A stretch of DNA of 64,000 nt from Mobula hypostoma (Eukaryota), in contig NC_086118.1 of NCBI RefSeq assembly GCF_963921235.1, positions 19,160,001 through 19,224,000 of the forward strand, in the 5' to 3' direction. Below the pieces are notes generated by a model. The model had not been told where the DNA came from and did not search any database. It was given only the letters and a program-made list of their open reading frames with translations. Below are positions 25,271 through 38,622 of the stretch, one piece after another; position 1 is the stretch's first letter; each line of letters begins with the position of its first letter. The position numbers and the translations under genes were made by a program.

Positions 25271-26822
25271 CACTCAAAGGCCACTTTATTAGCTACCTCC
25301 TGTGTCTAGTAAAATGCTCACTGAACGTACGTTTGTAGTCTTCCACTTTAAGGTTTGATGTGTTGTGTGTTCAGAGATGCTCTTCTGCACACTGATGTTG
25401 TAACATCTGATTATTTGAGTTACTGTCTCCTTTCTGTCAGCTTGAATCACTCTGACCAGTTTCTCTCATTAATAATAGATTTTTGCCTACAGAAGTACCG
25501 CTCACGGGATGCTCTTTATTTTTCACACCATTCTCTGTAAACACTGGAGACCGTTGTGTGTGAAAATCCCAGGAAATCAGCAGTTTCTGAGATACTCAAG
25601 CCACCTTGTCAGGCATCAGCAATCATTCCATGGTCATTCCATTGTTGGTAGAATCTCAGAAGGAGATGAGGGGGCATACAAGAGTGCGATATACTAACTA
25701 GTTGAGTGGTGTCGCAGCAACAACCTGGCACTCAACATCAGGAAGATGAAAGAGATGATTGTGGACTTCAGGAAGGGTAAGGCGAGGGAACACAAACAGA
25801 TCCTCATAAAGGGATCAGAAGTGAAGGGAGTGAGCAATTTCATGTCCCTCAGTGTCAAGATCTCTGAGGATCTAACCTGGTTCCAACATAATCGATGCAT
25901 CTATAAAGAAGGCAAGCTCACAGTTATACTTCGTTAGCAGTCTGAGGAGGTTTGGTTTGTCACCTAAAACACTCGAAAACTTCTATAGCTGTACTGTGGT
26001 GAGTATTCTGACAGGCTGCGTCACAGTTTGGTATGGGGTTGGAGGTGGGTGGTGCGGGTGCTACCACACAGAACCCAAAGAAGCTACAGAAAGTTGTAAA
26101 ATTAGTCAGCTCCGTCTTGGGTACTAGCCTCCATAGTATCCAAAACATCTTCAAGGAGTGGTGCCTCTAAAAGGTGCATTCATTTTTGAAGTCCCCCATT
26201 ACCCAGGTAATGCCCTCTTCGCATTGTTAATATCAGGAAGGAGGTACAGAAGCCTGAGGGCACACACTCAGCAATTCAGTAACAGTTTCTTTCCCTCTGC
26301 CATCTAATTCCTAAATGGATATTGAACCAATGAACACTATCTACCTCACTTTTCAAATAGATATTATTTCTATTTTGTGTTATTTTTAATCTAATCATCT
26401 TATTCATGGTGAGAAGGCGGGGGAGTGGAATCAGCTCATGATAGAATGACAGAGCAGACTCGATGGGCCGAATGGCTAACTTCTGCTCCTTTGTCTTATG
26501 GTCTAATATACGTATATATATACTTACTGTAATTGACTGATTTATTTATTTTCTTATTACATTATCACATATTGCATTGTACTGCTGCTGCTAAGTTAAC
26601 ACATTTCTCAACACATACTGGTGATAATAAATCTGATTCTGATTCAAAATCACTTAGATCACGTTTCGACCCCATTCTGATGTTTGGTCTGAACAACAAT
26701 TGAACCTCCTGAACATGTCTGCATGCTTTGATGCATTGAGTTGCTGCCACATGATTGGCTGATTCAATATTTGCACTAATGAGGAGGTGTACAGTTGTAC
26801 CTAATAAAGTGGCCACTGAGTG
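25271..26822. mobile_element. Tc1/mariner-type non-autonomous element (MITE) containing a Rex1 insertion
   Basis: TIRs CACTCAAAGGCCACTTTATTAG / CTAATAAAGTGGCCACTGAGTG, flanked by TA on both sides. Confidence 0.85.
25635..26645 (+). mobile_element. Rex1/Babar 3' fragment nested in the MITE; carries a short CR1-type tail at about 26405-26505
   Basis: IVGRISEGDE.AY, KEMIVDFRKG, VKISEDLTW; same subfamily and (TGATTC)n tail as 22246-24349. Confidence 0.85.
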
Positions 26823-27671
26823 TATGAATGTCTGAATACTGTTGGTGAAGGTTCATGTCATATGAGAAGCAGTTGTACTTAGCGCAACTTCCAGAAATAT
26901 GAAAGTTAAAAAAGCCAATGGACTATCCAAGCCAATTCAGCATCATCAGTATAAATACTTGTCTGACTGTGTATTTGCAATGACTAGGACTCCTTGGATA
27001 GCAAATTAACAGATGATTGAAAATGTGACAAATAAGTTACTCAAAATTGATGAAAATCTTTAAAAGAATGTGGACGTAAACTCGATTTTTACTGTGAGTT
27101 AACTGCGAAGTACTTTTGGCAACTAACGGATATTACTCTTGTTTCTTTCCCAGTATCAGAATCAATCAATGCGTTTGTCATCACTACAATGTGCAATAAA
27201 AGGATACAGGTATATGTCATAAAAAAGATGCCTCGGATTTTTTTTGCTCCTTAATGAGGCCACTATAGGAATGGTGTGGCAGAAACTAATGCTGTTTCAT
27301 GCTGGTAGAGTGTGTGAGATAGTGCATGAAGCAGACAAGGAAGAAGATCATGTGTTGCTGAACAGACTCCAGTAATTTACTCTGATGCTGGCACTTCAAG
27401 GAATATCTAAATTAGAGAGGCATATTTATGGAGGACACAAATTTTACACAGGAGGGAAAATTATCTTCTGGGTTGATAGGAGAATTCAAATATTGGCTCT
27501 GCAACTGTGGAATTGGATAAGGGTGATAATAAGGCTGCACACCTTTTTAAAGCCTGTGTGGACTGATAGTGACTTCCCTGTGCTGCGATGTGCAGCAACA
27601 TATGGCAGACGATAGCTGGAAGGTTTGAAGAATCTGAGTTTCAGTGATTTTGACTTCCATGAGCAGAACTC

Positions 27672-27950
27672 GGGGGCAGCGCGGTAGTGTAGTGGTTAGC
27701 ACAACGATTTACAGTACAGCTAACCAGGGTTCAGTTCCTGCCGCTGCCTGCAAGGAGTTTGTATGTTCACTCCGTAACCATGTGGGTTTCCTCCAGGTGC
27801 TCCAGGTTCCTCCCACAGTCCAAAGACATACTGGTTGGTAGGTTAATTGGTCATTGTAAATTGTCCTGTGAGTAGGGTAGGTTTAAATTGGGGGATTGCT
27901 GGGCGGCGCGACACAAAGGCCCTGCTGTATCTCAATAAATAGAACAAAAA
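27672..27950 (+). mobile_element. tRNA-derived V-SINE (HE1-like)
   Basis: GGCAGCGCGGTAGTGTAGTGGTTAGCAC (A-box), GGTTCAGTTCC (B-box), V-domain GTGGGTTTCCTCCAGGTGCTCCAGGTTCCTCCCACAGTCCAAAGAC, A-rich tail. Confidence 0.85.
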
Positions 27951-28446
27951 AAAATTAATACTGTCTTGAAGATAGTATCTAAGACTTTCCCATGGAATTA
28001 CACAGCAGCCTCAGGACATATTACCCCCAGTAGAAATTAATATAGGAGTACCATACAATTAGGCCATATGATGAGTATAAGGGAATTTGCCAGTGTCCTT
28101 ACTCTAGGGTTCTCAGCTATGTCCACACAGCTTCTAATACATGGCCAGATAAGGCAGCAGACACTATGGGGCCACTGTTGGAGTCCACTTGGTAAGCAGG
28201 TTTTAGAAATAGTAGTGAATCTGTTCCCAAATTTCTGGCCAATAGGATCAGAATTCAGAATTGACATTCAGCCTGCATCAGCCCACAACAGCTTGAGAAA
28301 AAGGTGTTGACTTGCCCTTTACATCCCAGCATTGCTGAGGAGAACTGATCCTGTTTGGTTCAATGTAGCCAATGTAACACCTGTGTAGTGCTTGTCTCAT
28401 CTTGTGTGACTGATCACCACACTCCTTATTTGAAAATCAAATTACA

Positions 28447-29626
28447 TAGTACTACGCTAGGGACTAGTAATACACTAGGTGCTAGTGGGCCATCAGAAGC
28501 CCTAGGTATCGGAAGGAGGCAGTGAATAGAAAACACACATTTCTAGAGGTAAGTTTGTTTATAAAAGTTAACAATATTTACAAAATATTTACGTGAGTAA
28601 GAACAATTCAAAATTACAAAATTCTGTGTCGGTTCCAAATCTCAGATATCAAACAAAAACCAAATTCCTTTTTAGTTAGAAACAGTGAGATTCATTAGAA
28701 TAACCTTTATTACTCCAATTTCTCTACCTAATTAGATCTAGTGTTATTCCCTATTTAAATGTTTACAGTCTAACCTTTCCATTTTATTTACCCTTAGTTT
28801 GTTAGAAAACTAATGGAATTCCTATTCTTAAGTGTTATGGTTATCTTCAGTTTCAGTTCAGGCTAGTATGTCAACAAATTCAAATTCAGCACCCCCAAAA
28901 TTCTAACAGCTTAACTCCAAGATCGCAACTTTTAAACAAAGTAAATATCATTCAGTAACTTACCAAAGTCTTTGCAAAAATAATTAGTTCTTCCAGAAAA
29001 TCAGATTCAGATAATTCGAATGAGAAATAAACTTATACATCCAACCGTATTAAATCCTCTATGTCTCAAAAGATGTCACTCTCGTGGTGATTCTTCGATC
29101 TTGGGTGGCTCACTGTCTTGTTTCTTGGTTTGTTGGATGAAATGGTGGGTTGTCCATGGAAAGTTGATTCACAAATACTTACACAAATAAAACCTTAACC
29201 TGTATTCAACAGGATTGCAATCCATCAGTTCTTATACACATTCTATTTTTTATTTCAAAATAACAATATCATGGTAGAGTTCTTGGTCATCACTCTCTGC
29301 CGATTTCATCTCTCTATAGCTGGTGCTCATTATAGCTGTAGCTTCAGGAAGTCTTTTATCGATGTTGTTTCTCCTCCAGACATTTCACCCTGAGGATTTC
29401 CAGTAAGTAGAGTAGAGATACTAACCACTAACTCAATTTTTAACAGTTTATACTTTTAGTTAGTTTTTATAGTTTGCTGCCTCATTAGCCACACATCGTT
29501 CTTTCATAGCTATTTTTTTTCAAGCTCTCTTTTCTTTTAAAAATTTGGTGAACCTCGTTTTCATCCCTCCATAGGTGGAGCTTTCTAACATTACATCTTT
29601 GGGTTTAATTAACCTGGGCTATACTA
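28447..29626. mobile_element. About 1.2-kb AT-rich LTR-like insertion, unclassified
   Basis: Composition differs from the flanks; imperfect inverted ends TAGTACTACGCTAGG / CCTGGGCTATACTA; no clear TSD. Confidence 0.3.
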
Positions 29627-30493
29627 ATGTCTAATGGCAATGCTTCAAAACAACCACTGTGCAAGGACTATGTGTGGTGGGATGCGGCTCAGTGTGACTG
29701 CGGATATTGCCATACTTCCTGGACCGGTGTCATCAAGGGAAGGTTTTGGTTAGGATTGTGCCTAGTTATGATGAAAATAGCTCATGAAACTTTAATGCCA
29801 AACATGAAAAATTATTGGTTCTACTAGGTAGTGGAAGGCATCAGATGAAGGAAAAATGAGATGTATGCCCCCTGTCATTGCCTTCAGGAGAGGGGATACA
29901 AAGACTGAGCAGAACATGAAATCATACAGAAGAAGCTCTAATGATATAATCATTAACCCCATATCCCTACAAACAGGAATTGTAATTGAAAGGTTCTCTC
30001 CTGGTGCCTCCAGCCATTTTTTATGAATGTACATAAATATAGATAGTTCACAGCCCCACTTCTAGAGTCAAGTATCTATAAGGAGCAAAATTATAAATTA
30101 TAAATATTGACACTAAAATGTCCTTATGATGGATATCGTTAAAATAATTATTACTTGAATCCTGTTTTCCAGACTAACCAGTGGAGATATTCCTTGTGCA
30201 AGCATTTCTCAAAGAAATGAAATGTGCTCACATTTGGTCCCAGGCAGAATGGACTTATAGAACTAATCTTACCCAAAATCTTCCCCTGCTGGTTTCTGAC
30301 TGAGAGCCAAGTTTTAATATTCGACTCATTTCTTATCTAAATCTGGTTATTATTTGCATAAGCTACCAGACCTTCAAGGAGTTGCAAATTAGTAACACAG
30401 CTGGTGGAGCTGCTTGTCCGGGGTTCAGCTTGGATTCAGTGCTTCTCTGGTGCTGTCTGTATGGAATTTGCACGTTCTTTTTGTAGCTGCATA

Positions 30494-30868
30494 CACTCAA
30501 TGGCCACTTTATTAGGTACCTCCTGTATCTAATTAAGTGACCACCGAGCCTATGTTCATGGTCTTCTGCTGCTGCAGCCTATTCATTTCAAAGTTCAATG
30601 TTTTGTATGTTCAGAGATGTTCTCCTGAAAGCTTATATTGTAATGTATGGTTATTTGACTTAATGTCACCTTCATCTGGCCATTCTGCATTTAACCTCTC
30701 TCATCAACAAGGTGTTTTTACCCACAGAACTGCTGCTTACTTGATTTTTTGCACTATTCTCTGCAAACTCCCAGAAGGTCAGCAATTTCTGAGATACTCA
30801 AACCACCTCATCTGCATCAACAATTATTCCATGGTCAAAGTCACCTAAATCACATTTCTTCCCCATTT
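30494..30868. mobile_element. Second, right-truncated copy of the Tc1-type MITE, adjoining a V-SINE remnant (about 30390-30490)
   Basis: TA|CACTCAATGGCCACTTTATTAGGTACCTCCTG; colinear with 25271-25635. Confidence 0.8.
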
Positions 30869-30869
30869 A

Positions 30870-31222
30870 GAAGCAGTGTGTAGCCCAGTGGTTTTGTCAT
30901 TCTCCACAAAGACAGGACAGCTAAAAAATTTTAAGGTAGAGGACAATAGACAATAGACAATAGGTGCAGGAGTAGGCCATTCGGCCCTTCGAGCCAGCAC
31001 TGCCATTCACTGTGATCATGGCTGATCATCCACAATCAGTATCCAGTTCCTGCCTTATCCCCATAACCTTTGATTCTGTTATATTTAAGAAGAGATGGAT
31101 TGTGCTTTATGATTAACTCATCATAGTGCACTGACATGAAGCTCTGTCTCAATCCTGCTCACCCAACCTGGAACATCTTTTGGTCAAATGCCATCCGTAT
31201 TATCTGCCAAGGGAGATCTATC
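30870..31222 (+). mobile_element. Rex1 AP-endonuclease fragment interrupted by a CR1 tail (about 30943-31088, - strand)
   Basis: G.CFMINSS..TD...CSPNLEHLLVKCHPYYLPRE; (CAATAGA)n-GGTGCAGGAGTAGGCCATTCGGCCC tail. Confidence 0.65.
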
Positions 31223-31227
31223 AGTCA

Positions 31228-32040
31228 GAAGCATGAGAAAATCTGCAGACACAGGAGATCCAAATGAACACATATAAAATGCTGGAGGAACTCAGCAAGG
31301 AGGGCAGCAACTATGGAAAGGAGTAAACAATTGACATTTTGGGCTGAGACCATTCTTCAGGACTGGAATGGAAGGGGAGAAGTCAGAGTTGAGTTAGAAG
31401 GTGGGGTGAGGGGAGGAAGAAATGCAAGGTGGCCGGTAATACGTGAAACTAGGAGGGGAGAGACGGTGAGGTAAAGGTTCAAGATTCAAAAAATTTTATT
31501 GTCATTCTAACCATACATCAGCTCTGCAGGGCACAATGAGACAGCATTTCTCAGGGGCAGTGCAATCATAACATAACAAACGCAACACTAAATAATAAAC
31601 ATAACAATAAATAGTAGAACACAACAGCCACATGTCAGTTTAAAATCAGTTATAAGTGTCCAGTGCAAGTTAAAAGAGCAAAGAAGTTGATTGGTGGAAG
31701 AGATAAAGGGTGGGAGAAGGGGGAAACTGATAGGAGAGGACAGAAGACCATGTAAGGAAGGGAATGGGGAGGAGCACCAGAGGGAGGTGATGGGCTGGTA
31801 AGGAGATAAGGTGAGAGAGGGAAACAGGAATGGGGACTGATGAAGGAGAAGGATGGGGGGCAATTACCAGAAGTTCAAAAAATCAATGTTCAGGTTGGAG
31901 GCTATCCAGACAGAATATAAGGTGTCCTTGTAGCCACCCATTTCAATTCCGCTTTCCATTCCCATTCTGACAGGTTAGTCCATGGCCTTGTCTGCTGCCA
32001 TAATGAGATCACCCATAGGCTGGATGAGCAATGCCTTAAA
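31228..32040 (-). mobile_element. Penelope-like element fragment (pLTR and GIY-YIG C-terminus, inversion near 31925), with a Rex1 tail nested at about 31477-31675
   Basis: pLTR AAATCTGCAGA...GGAGGAACTCAGCA...TTCTTCAGGACTG; VATHFNS..HSHSD..VHGL on + at 31930-32040. Confidence 0.75.
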
Positions 32041-32421
32041 GTCATGTAGTAAATGTCTGTTTTATGCAGGAATTATTAAAACAGAAGATCATGAGATTGA
32101 TTACTAATCTAGGAAGCATTTTCTGTGTGAAGGCAATGGGAAAAATAAATTCACCTCCTCTAGGGTTTGAAAGAATGAGGCACTGAACCACTGGAGGTGA
32201 GTGCTGGAGGTCTGATTAGCAAGTTCACAGATGACTTAAAAATTGAGAGTGTTGATAATGAAGTCAATAGTATTCAGGTAAAGAACACTATTGATTAATT
32301 GTTTAATGGGCTGATCAGTGGCAGATGGATTTCAAACTTGAAAGATGTGAGATGATGTTTTTGGAAGAACTCACACAATGAATTCAGGAGGTACTGAGGA
32401 GCAGAGATTCCTAGATGTGCA

Positions 32422-33537
32422 TGTCATGCCCTGGTTAAGATTTTTGCTGTTCTGCTGTAGATATTTCATTTTAGCAGTTCTGTCAGAGCAGTCTGTTCTG
32501 CTTTCAGCTTGTTTGGGTTTGAACTAAGATAAGAGGCTTGTTATTTAACGTGGGAATGCGCTGAGAGCCAACCGGGATAATGGAATTTGGAGAAGGTTCT
32601 GGAGGATGCTGGGTCCAACAGCAAAAAGTTCAATATCCGGGCTACAAACACATTCCTTGCCCAGAATTGCACCACCTGTTGTTTACCAGAACCGCAATCC
32701 CCCCTCCTTTACGCTTACCGCTTTCAGTGCCATTCCGGTCAGCTTGAATGGTCTGGAAGCCCTCTATGGAAATGCTTTGATTGTGTATGTCCTCGTGCAG
32801 CCATGTCTCAGTGAAGCACATGACACTGCTCTCCCGAAATGTTCTCTGACTCCTGACAAGCGCCGTCAGTTCATCCATTTTATTCCCCAGCGATCTCACA
32901 TTTCCCATGATGAGAGAGGGGAGACACGGCTTATAACTTCTCTACTCCATAAGCCTCTGTTGTCTCGACCCGGTCCTCTTCCCTCACCTTTTTGATCCCC
33001 CTCTGCATCCTTGGTGTGTTTTCCTCCAGATTTCAGCAGCGATGTCCGCTGCTCTCTTCGCTAAACCAGCTGGCATGAGCACAATCAGCTGGTCCCTGGA
33101 ATAAACAATACGGCCATCCTGCTGCCACGCTAACGAGACATGTCCGAATGTAAGTATTTCCAGCACGAGAAAAACAAGTAAAACTCTCTCCACCAGCATG
33201 TTGGAGAGGGTGCAGCTTCAACGTGTTACCATGAGAAAAAAATACAACAAATAACCTAAGTTAAAAAGTTTAAAAGTAAGAAACTACGGAGTAACTGTAA
33301 CGGGCTGCATGCACGACCGGCGCATGCGCACTATCTGTTATTTCTTGCATTCACACAGACCAGGGTTTGTGGGTGGGTGAGTCATCCGAACCTCATGGAC
33401 TTGGTGGGACCAACGTGTATACATCGTAGATGTGTGAAGGCGGAGAAAGGTGCGTTTATCATCACGGAATCCAGTGGCTGTTAGCGAGGGGCTAACGAGC
33501 TGGTTCTCCAGAGACGCCCAGTAAAAGTGGGGGTACA
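32422..33537 (+). mobile_element. Probable solo LTR inserted in a degenerate CR1 (CR1 pieces about 32190-32421, 33538-33905, 36155-36330)
   Basis: TGTCATG...GGGGTACA ends; approximate 4-bp TSD TGCA/TACA; CR1-like sequence resumes on both sides. Confidence 0.5.
32620..33332 (-). mobile_element. Rex1/Babar 5' end (UTR and N-terminal AP endonuclease)
   Basis: GNVRSLGNKMDEL...CFTETWL...DR...SGKRKGGGIAVLVNNRWC. Confidence 0.85.
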
Positions 33538-33905
33538 TACATATACAAACGTTCGACAATGAAGGAGAGCAGGTTACAAAGGTATTGTGAAGGCATGCAG
33601 CATGGAATATGACATGAAGGAAGCTATAGTACAAATATATTTTTAAAATTATTAGGCTGCAGCGAGAGTGTGGTATATTATTCTGTCTGTGAGGTGATTG
33701 CAAAGATGCTGCCTGTGATGGGTGTTCAGCTTAGAGGAGAGAGTCGAGAGGCACTGTATATTTTTCTTAGAGCACAGAAAGTTCAGAGAACCTGATCGAG
33801 GTATAAAAAATGACGCAATGTATAGATCGGATAGATAGTGAGAACATTTCCCCTGAGTAGTGATCGAGAATCAGAGAACATATCTTTAAGGTAAGGGAGA
33901 GGAAC

Positions 33906-36150
33906 TCTGCAACTTCAGAACTAAACGACTACCTCCCAGTGGCACTGACACCAATCACCATAAGACGGAGGCAGAGTTAAGATGGCGCTAAATGGCAACT
34001 TCTTTGCTTGCATCTTCGGAAACAGCTCTATTTCCATCTTTAATATCTTTATTTTTCCCTTTCAGGGTTCTTTTGAAGACCCTGACCTGGAATTACACGC
34101 TGACTTTGGTTCTTTGCAAGAATGGGACCCGTTCTCAGGGTTTCACTACTGGCCCTTGTTCGGCACGCCAAGGGCTCGGCCTGAGAGCCTGGCTCCAACT
34201 CGGAAGCCTAAGATCTCGGGGCTCTGGAGACAGGCGGATCGAGGGTTGGTGTCACGACAGGAGATCCATGTGTTGTCGGGGGAGTCAGGATATCTACTGT
34301 GGGCCTGAACCCGGGATCTTTGCGATCTTCGGACAGAGAACTCAAAAAAAAGCAAAGTAATGGACTTTTTAACATGCTAAACCAGTGAGTTGTTTGTTAT
34401 GTCTCCCTGCTTGCTGGGAAAATGGAGACACTTTCTTTCCCTGATTAGGGAGAGAGAGAACCTGCGGTATGTCGAATGCTGGGTGTAACGCCAAGTCTTT
34501 GTGGTAACTGAAAGTCTGTGTCTTTGCTATCACTTTGCTCACGTTTGGGTGGTTGGTGATGGTACCAATGCTTGTTTTTTTTTGCTGGTGGGGGGAGAGG
34601 ATATTGTTGCTCACAACCGCATCTGCATGGGAGGGGGGAAGCTGGGGGGGAACTTTGAGGTTCTTACATTTATCAGTCGTTCATTCTTTGAGGCACTTCT
34701 CTGTTTTCATGGATGTTTACGAAGAAAAAACATTGCAGGATATCTATTGTATACATTTCTCTGACATCAGATTGAACCTTTGAACTTTGAAATGCTTTGA
34801 ACAGCTGGTAATGGCATATATCAAAAACTCCATTCCTGTCACATTGGACACTCAGCAACACGCTTAAGGACAGAACACTCTACAACAGATGCCAGACCAT
34901 CTGTTATGCATCTGGCCCTGACACACCTGGAATATAAGGATACTTATGTCAGAATGCTATTTTTGGATTTCATTTTGGCATTCTACATCATTATCCCACA
35001 GGTTTTGGTGAAGAAACTCCTATTATTCAGTCTAAATACACCACTGTGCAACTATCCAACAGACCTTAAATAACTAGGATGCACAATCGTTCCTCCCTCC
35101 TAGTTATCCTCAACATGGCTGTCCCCCAGGGCTGTGTGCTGAGCCCATTGCTATACACTCTGCTTACACATGACTGCTCGGCCAAACACTGAGTAATCGC
35201 ATTGTCAAGTTTGCCAATGACATGACAGTGGTGGGGCTCGTCACCAACAACAACGAGACAGCCTATAGAGAGGAGTTGGAAGAGCTTGAGACCCGGTGCC
35301 TGGCAAATCACCTCTTCCTCAGTGTCAATAAGACAAAGGAGATGGTTACTGATTTCAGGACAACTTTCAGTACTCACATCCTTCTTTACATCGACATCAC
35401 AGCAGTGGAAACACCAAGCAGTTTCAAACTCCTGGGGCTGCACATGTCACACAATATCTCATGGTCCCAGAACACAACCTACACAATTAGGAAAGATCAC
35501 CAAAATCTCTTCTTTGGGAGGAGACTAAAAAGAGCTGGGTTATGCACATCTACATTCATGCCCTTTTACAGATGTGCAATAGATAGCATTCTAACATGCG
35601 ACATCACTGCATTGTAAGAAAACTGCACTGCGGCAGACAGGAAGGCTCCACAACGGGCAGTCAAATCTGCCCAATGTACCACCAGCACCAGACTACCCGC
35701 TATCAAAGTCATATGTGCAGAAAGATGCTGGAAAAGGACCAGTAATATCCAGAAGGATCCTGCCCCAACTTGCATATGTTTGTCTGACTCCCATCACGGA
35801 GGAGGCTACATACGTAGCATCTATGCCAGGACCACCAGACTCAAAAACAGTTACTTTCCCCAAGTAGTAAAGCTGATCAACACCTCCACCCACTAACACA
35901 GCCCACCACACCCCAACTATCACTGCTTCACTATTTCCTGTTGGTTATCTTATGTATAGACTTACTTCACTTTAAGGACATCCAATCTATGAACTCATAT
36001 AACATATCTTATGTGTTTATACTTATTGTGTTTTTTATTATTGTGTTCTTTCTCTTATTGTGTTTTTTGTGCTGCATTTGATTCAGAGTAACTATTATTT
36101 TCTTTGACTTTACACTTATGTACTAGAAATAACATTAAAAGTCTTCGATC
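33906..36150 (+). mobile_element. Rex1/Babar RT-to-3' fragment with a nested insertion
   Basis: LNDY.PVALTP | KCFE.LV; PQGCVLSPLLYTLLTHDC; KTKEMVTDFR; FYRCAIDSILT. Confidence 0.85.
33964..34790 (+). mobile_element. About 830-bp non-coding retroposon (AAGATGGCGC head, (TTTGAAC)n tail)
   Basis: It splits the Rex1 motif ALTPITI/KCFE; it has no TE-like ORF; tail TTGAACCTTTGAACTTTGA. Confidence 0.65.
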
Positions 36151-36338
36151 TTAAATTTGTGTAAGAACTTTTTCATTCAGAGAGTGTTTGAAAACTGGAT
36201 CAGATAGGGTATGCAAAAGGTCCTCTCCTTTTAGTAAGTAGTTAGATGAGGATTTGAATTACTATGGGATAAATACCTATGGTCAAGTTCTGGAAAATGG
36301 GATTTGTATAGATAGCTGACATGATTCAATCTCTACAT

Positions 36339-36505
36339 CAGGGGTGGCCAACCTTTTACATTCCATGCGTCAATTTTTTTCACGCACGAGTTCTATATTA
36401 ACATATTTTTACAAGAATTGAATGGGGGTACAAGAGTCGTATTGCACATCTGAACTCGTGAGTGAAAAAATTGACACACGGAATGTAAAAAGTTGGCCAC
36501 CCCTG
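36339..36505. mobile_element. 167-bp hAT MITE with long TIRs (about 55 bp)
   Basis: CAGGGGTGGCCAACCTTTTACATTCC...GGAATGTAAAAAGTTGGCCACCCCTG; 8-bp TSD CTCTACAT / CTCTATAT. Confidence 0.9.
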
Positions 36506-38206
36506 CTCTATATGAAATTTGCAAGATAGATGTTGAGAGTTTGTTTTAACTGACTGGAGAGAACAGACCCTTAACCCTAACCTGTAGTCATCAATTGAGA
36601 ATGCCTGAAAATGTAACTTAGAAGGTTTGAAGTCCCCTTGAAAAATACAGAAGTATTTATCAGGAATATACTAAAGCCTGATGGTTCCTGAAGAAATTTT
36701 CCAAAAAGATGAAGTATGAATGCTCAAGATAAATACAAGGTCTTCAGAATTGAAAAGAAATTTAGTTTTCATATTTCACTGAAAGGTTAGTCAGTTAATA
36801 GTTGAATGTCCAAGTTGGAGCAGTCTTTCATTGATTCTATGATGGTTATTATTCCATTATAGATTTATTCGAGTATGCCTGCAAGAAAATTAATCTCAGG
36901 GTTGTATATGTACCTTGATAATAAATTTGCACTTTTTGAGTTGGGCTACTGAAAATTTTGTCGGACACATGTCAGCTAACAATGCAGAGTAAAGTTTGGG
37001 AAAAGTTACTGGCTGCAACATAGCAACACATGATTCTGCACTTGCATTGTATTCATAGTTACCAGCTGATTAATTCACTTCTGATTTTAGCTGCAACTAT
37101 CATTATACAGATCATAGTTTGTAACTCAATTCAATTAAAAGATGCTCAACAGGTAACAAAATGATTAAGTACACCTCAGTCTGATTTGTTTCATACAATT
37201 AGCATACAGTAGTGATCACTTACAGTTAAGGAATGGAATCAGTCAGAAGTTTTCGCTGGTTTTCATGCATAAAAATAAAACAACATAAGAAAATAGGGAC
37301 AAGAGAAGGTCACTCAGTCCTCAAGCCTACCACACCATTCAATACAAGCTCCTCCAGCACATTGTGTGTATTTCCAGCAACTGCAGTACCTCTTGTATCA
37401 CAGGCCTCTTCTTCTATTCTGTATCTGTTTCCCAAACGCCTGTGAATTTCTGATAGTTCAAAATTGTATCGACTTATTCTTTAAATATCTTCATTGGTCT
37501 GGCCTCCACAGTCTTGTGGGACAGAGAATCCAGAGGTTTATGGCCCACTTTGAGAAGAAGATCCTTCAAACCCCTTATTCTTCTGTACTTCAAGCAATAT
37601 AGAAATGCATTCTTCGCCACTCATGATACAACAACCATGTCATCCCAGGAATTAGCCAAGTGTATATTTTTTGGACTGCTTCCACTGGCAGTGTTGTGTA
37701 TTCTTTTTTAATTAAGCAGAACAAAGCTGTGTCTGTTATTCCATGTCTGGCTTTACCAGTACCTGTACAATTGTAGCAATACTTCCGAAATCTGAACAAA
37801 TTTACTATTTTAAAGGTGGGTCTCATCACAGCTTGCAAGAACTATATTGCAAAACTGGAAAAAAAACAGATGTCCCACTGTGAAGGAATGGACTGAGGAA
37901 ATGATTAAGATTTCATCATATGACCACATGTTGAGAGGAATTAACAGTGAGGGAAAAGTGCAAGACGCGTGGGATCAATTTTGGTTGTATGTTAATTTAA
38001 ACTTAAATTAGAACTTCTTTCTGTCTTTAAGTTTTATTTGTTTTCCTGTCATGGGATGGCTGTGTAAATATGCTGTACTATATCTGCTCTGTGATGTGCT
38101 GTGCTGCTTTGTAAAATAAGAATAAATAATAATAAAAATTTGAATTTAAAAAATCAGGTTATCATTGCCATATAAAAATGAAGAAGAAGGAAAAAAGATT
38201 ACTTTA

Positions 38207-38349
38207 ACACAAAATTCTCTGCAGATGTTGGGGTCAAAGCAACACTCACAACACGCTGGAGGAACTCAGCAGGTCGGGCGGCATCTGTGGAAACGATCAG
38301 TCAATGTTTCGGGCCGGAACCCTTCGTCAGGACTGAAGAGGGATGGGGC
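38207..38349 (-). mobile_element. Penelope pLTR fragment inserted in a SINE tail
   Basis: TSD AGATTACTTTA / AGAATACTTTA; contains a hammerhead motif. Confidence 0.75.
38298..38335 (-). ncRNA. Minimal type I hammerhead ribozyme motif (Penelope-associated)
   Basis: - strand reads CAGUC-CUGACGA-A-GGGU-UCCG-GCCC-GAAA-CAUU-GACUG: stem I, core and stem II are intact; the stem III palindrome is altered (ACAU rather than ACGU). Confidence 0.7.
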
Positions 38350-38360
38350 AGAATACTTTA

Positions 38361-38622
38361 TTTGTCACATGTACATAAAACATCAAATGCGCCAATGACT
38401 GATGAGCCTGAGGATGTGCTAGGCAGCCCGCAAGTGTGGCCATATTTCCAGTACCAACATAACATTGCCACAACTTGCTAATCCTCACCCTAAACTGAAC
38501 ATCTTCGGAATCTGTAAGGAAACACAGGCACCGATAGAAAACCCATGCAGTCACTGTGAGAACGTACAAACTTCTTACAAACAGCAGCAGGAATTGAATC
38601 CTGCTCGCTGGCCCTGTCATAA
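38361..38622 (-). mobile_element. V-SINE (HE1-like head) interrupted by CR1
   Basis: Reverse complement of a V-domain and B-box (GGAATTGAATCC). Confidence 0.65.

Noticed and set aside
27154..27209. 56-nt + strand segment with a good acceptor and a GTATAT donor
   Set aside because: Too short to judge, ambiguous frame, and no supporting neighbouring exon.
37590..37838. 82-aa ORF that looked unique
   Set aside because: The nucleotide sequence is degenerate CR1 (LQLYR.LV.P..EY, EAVQ...T.LIPGM).
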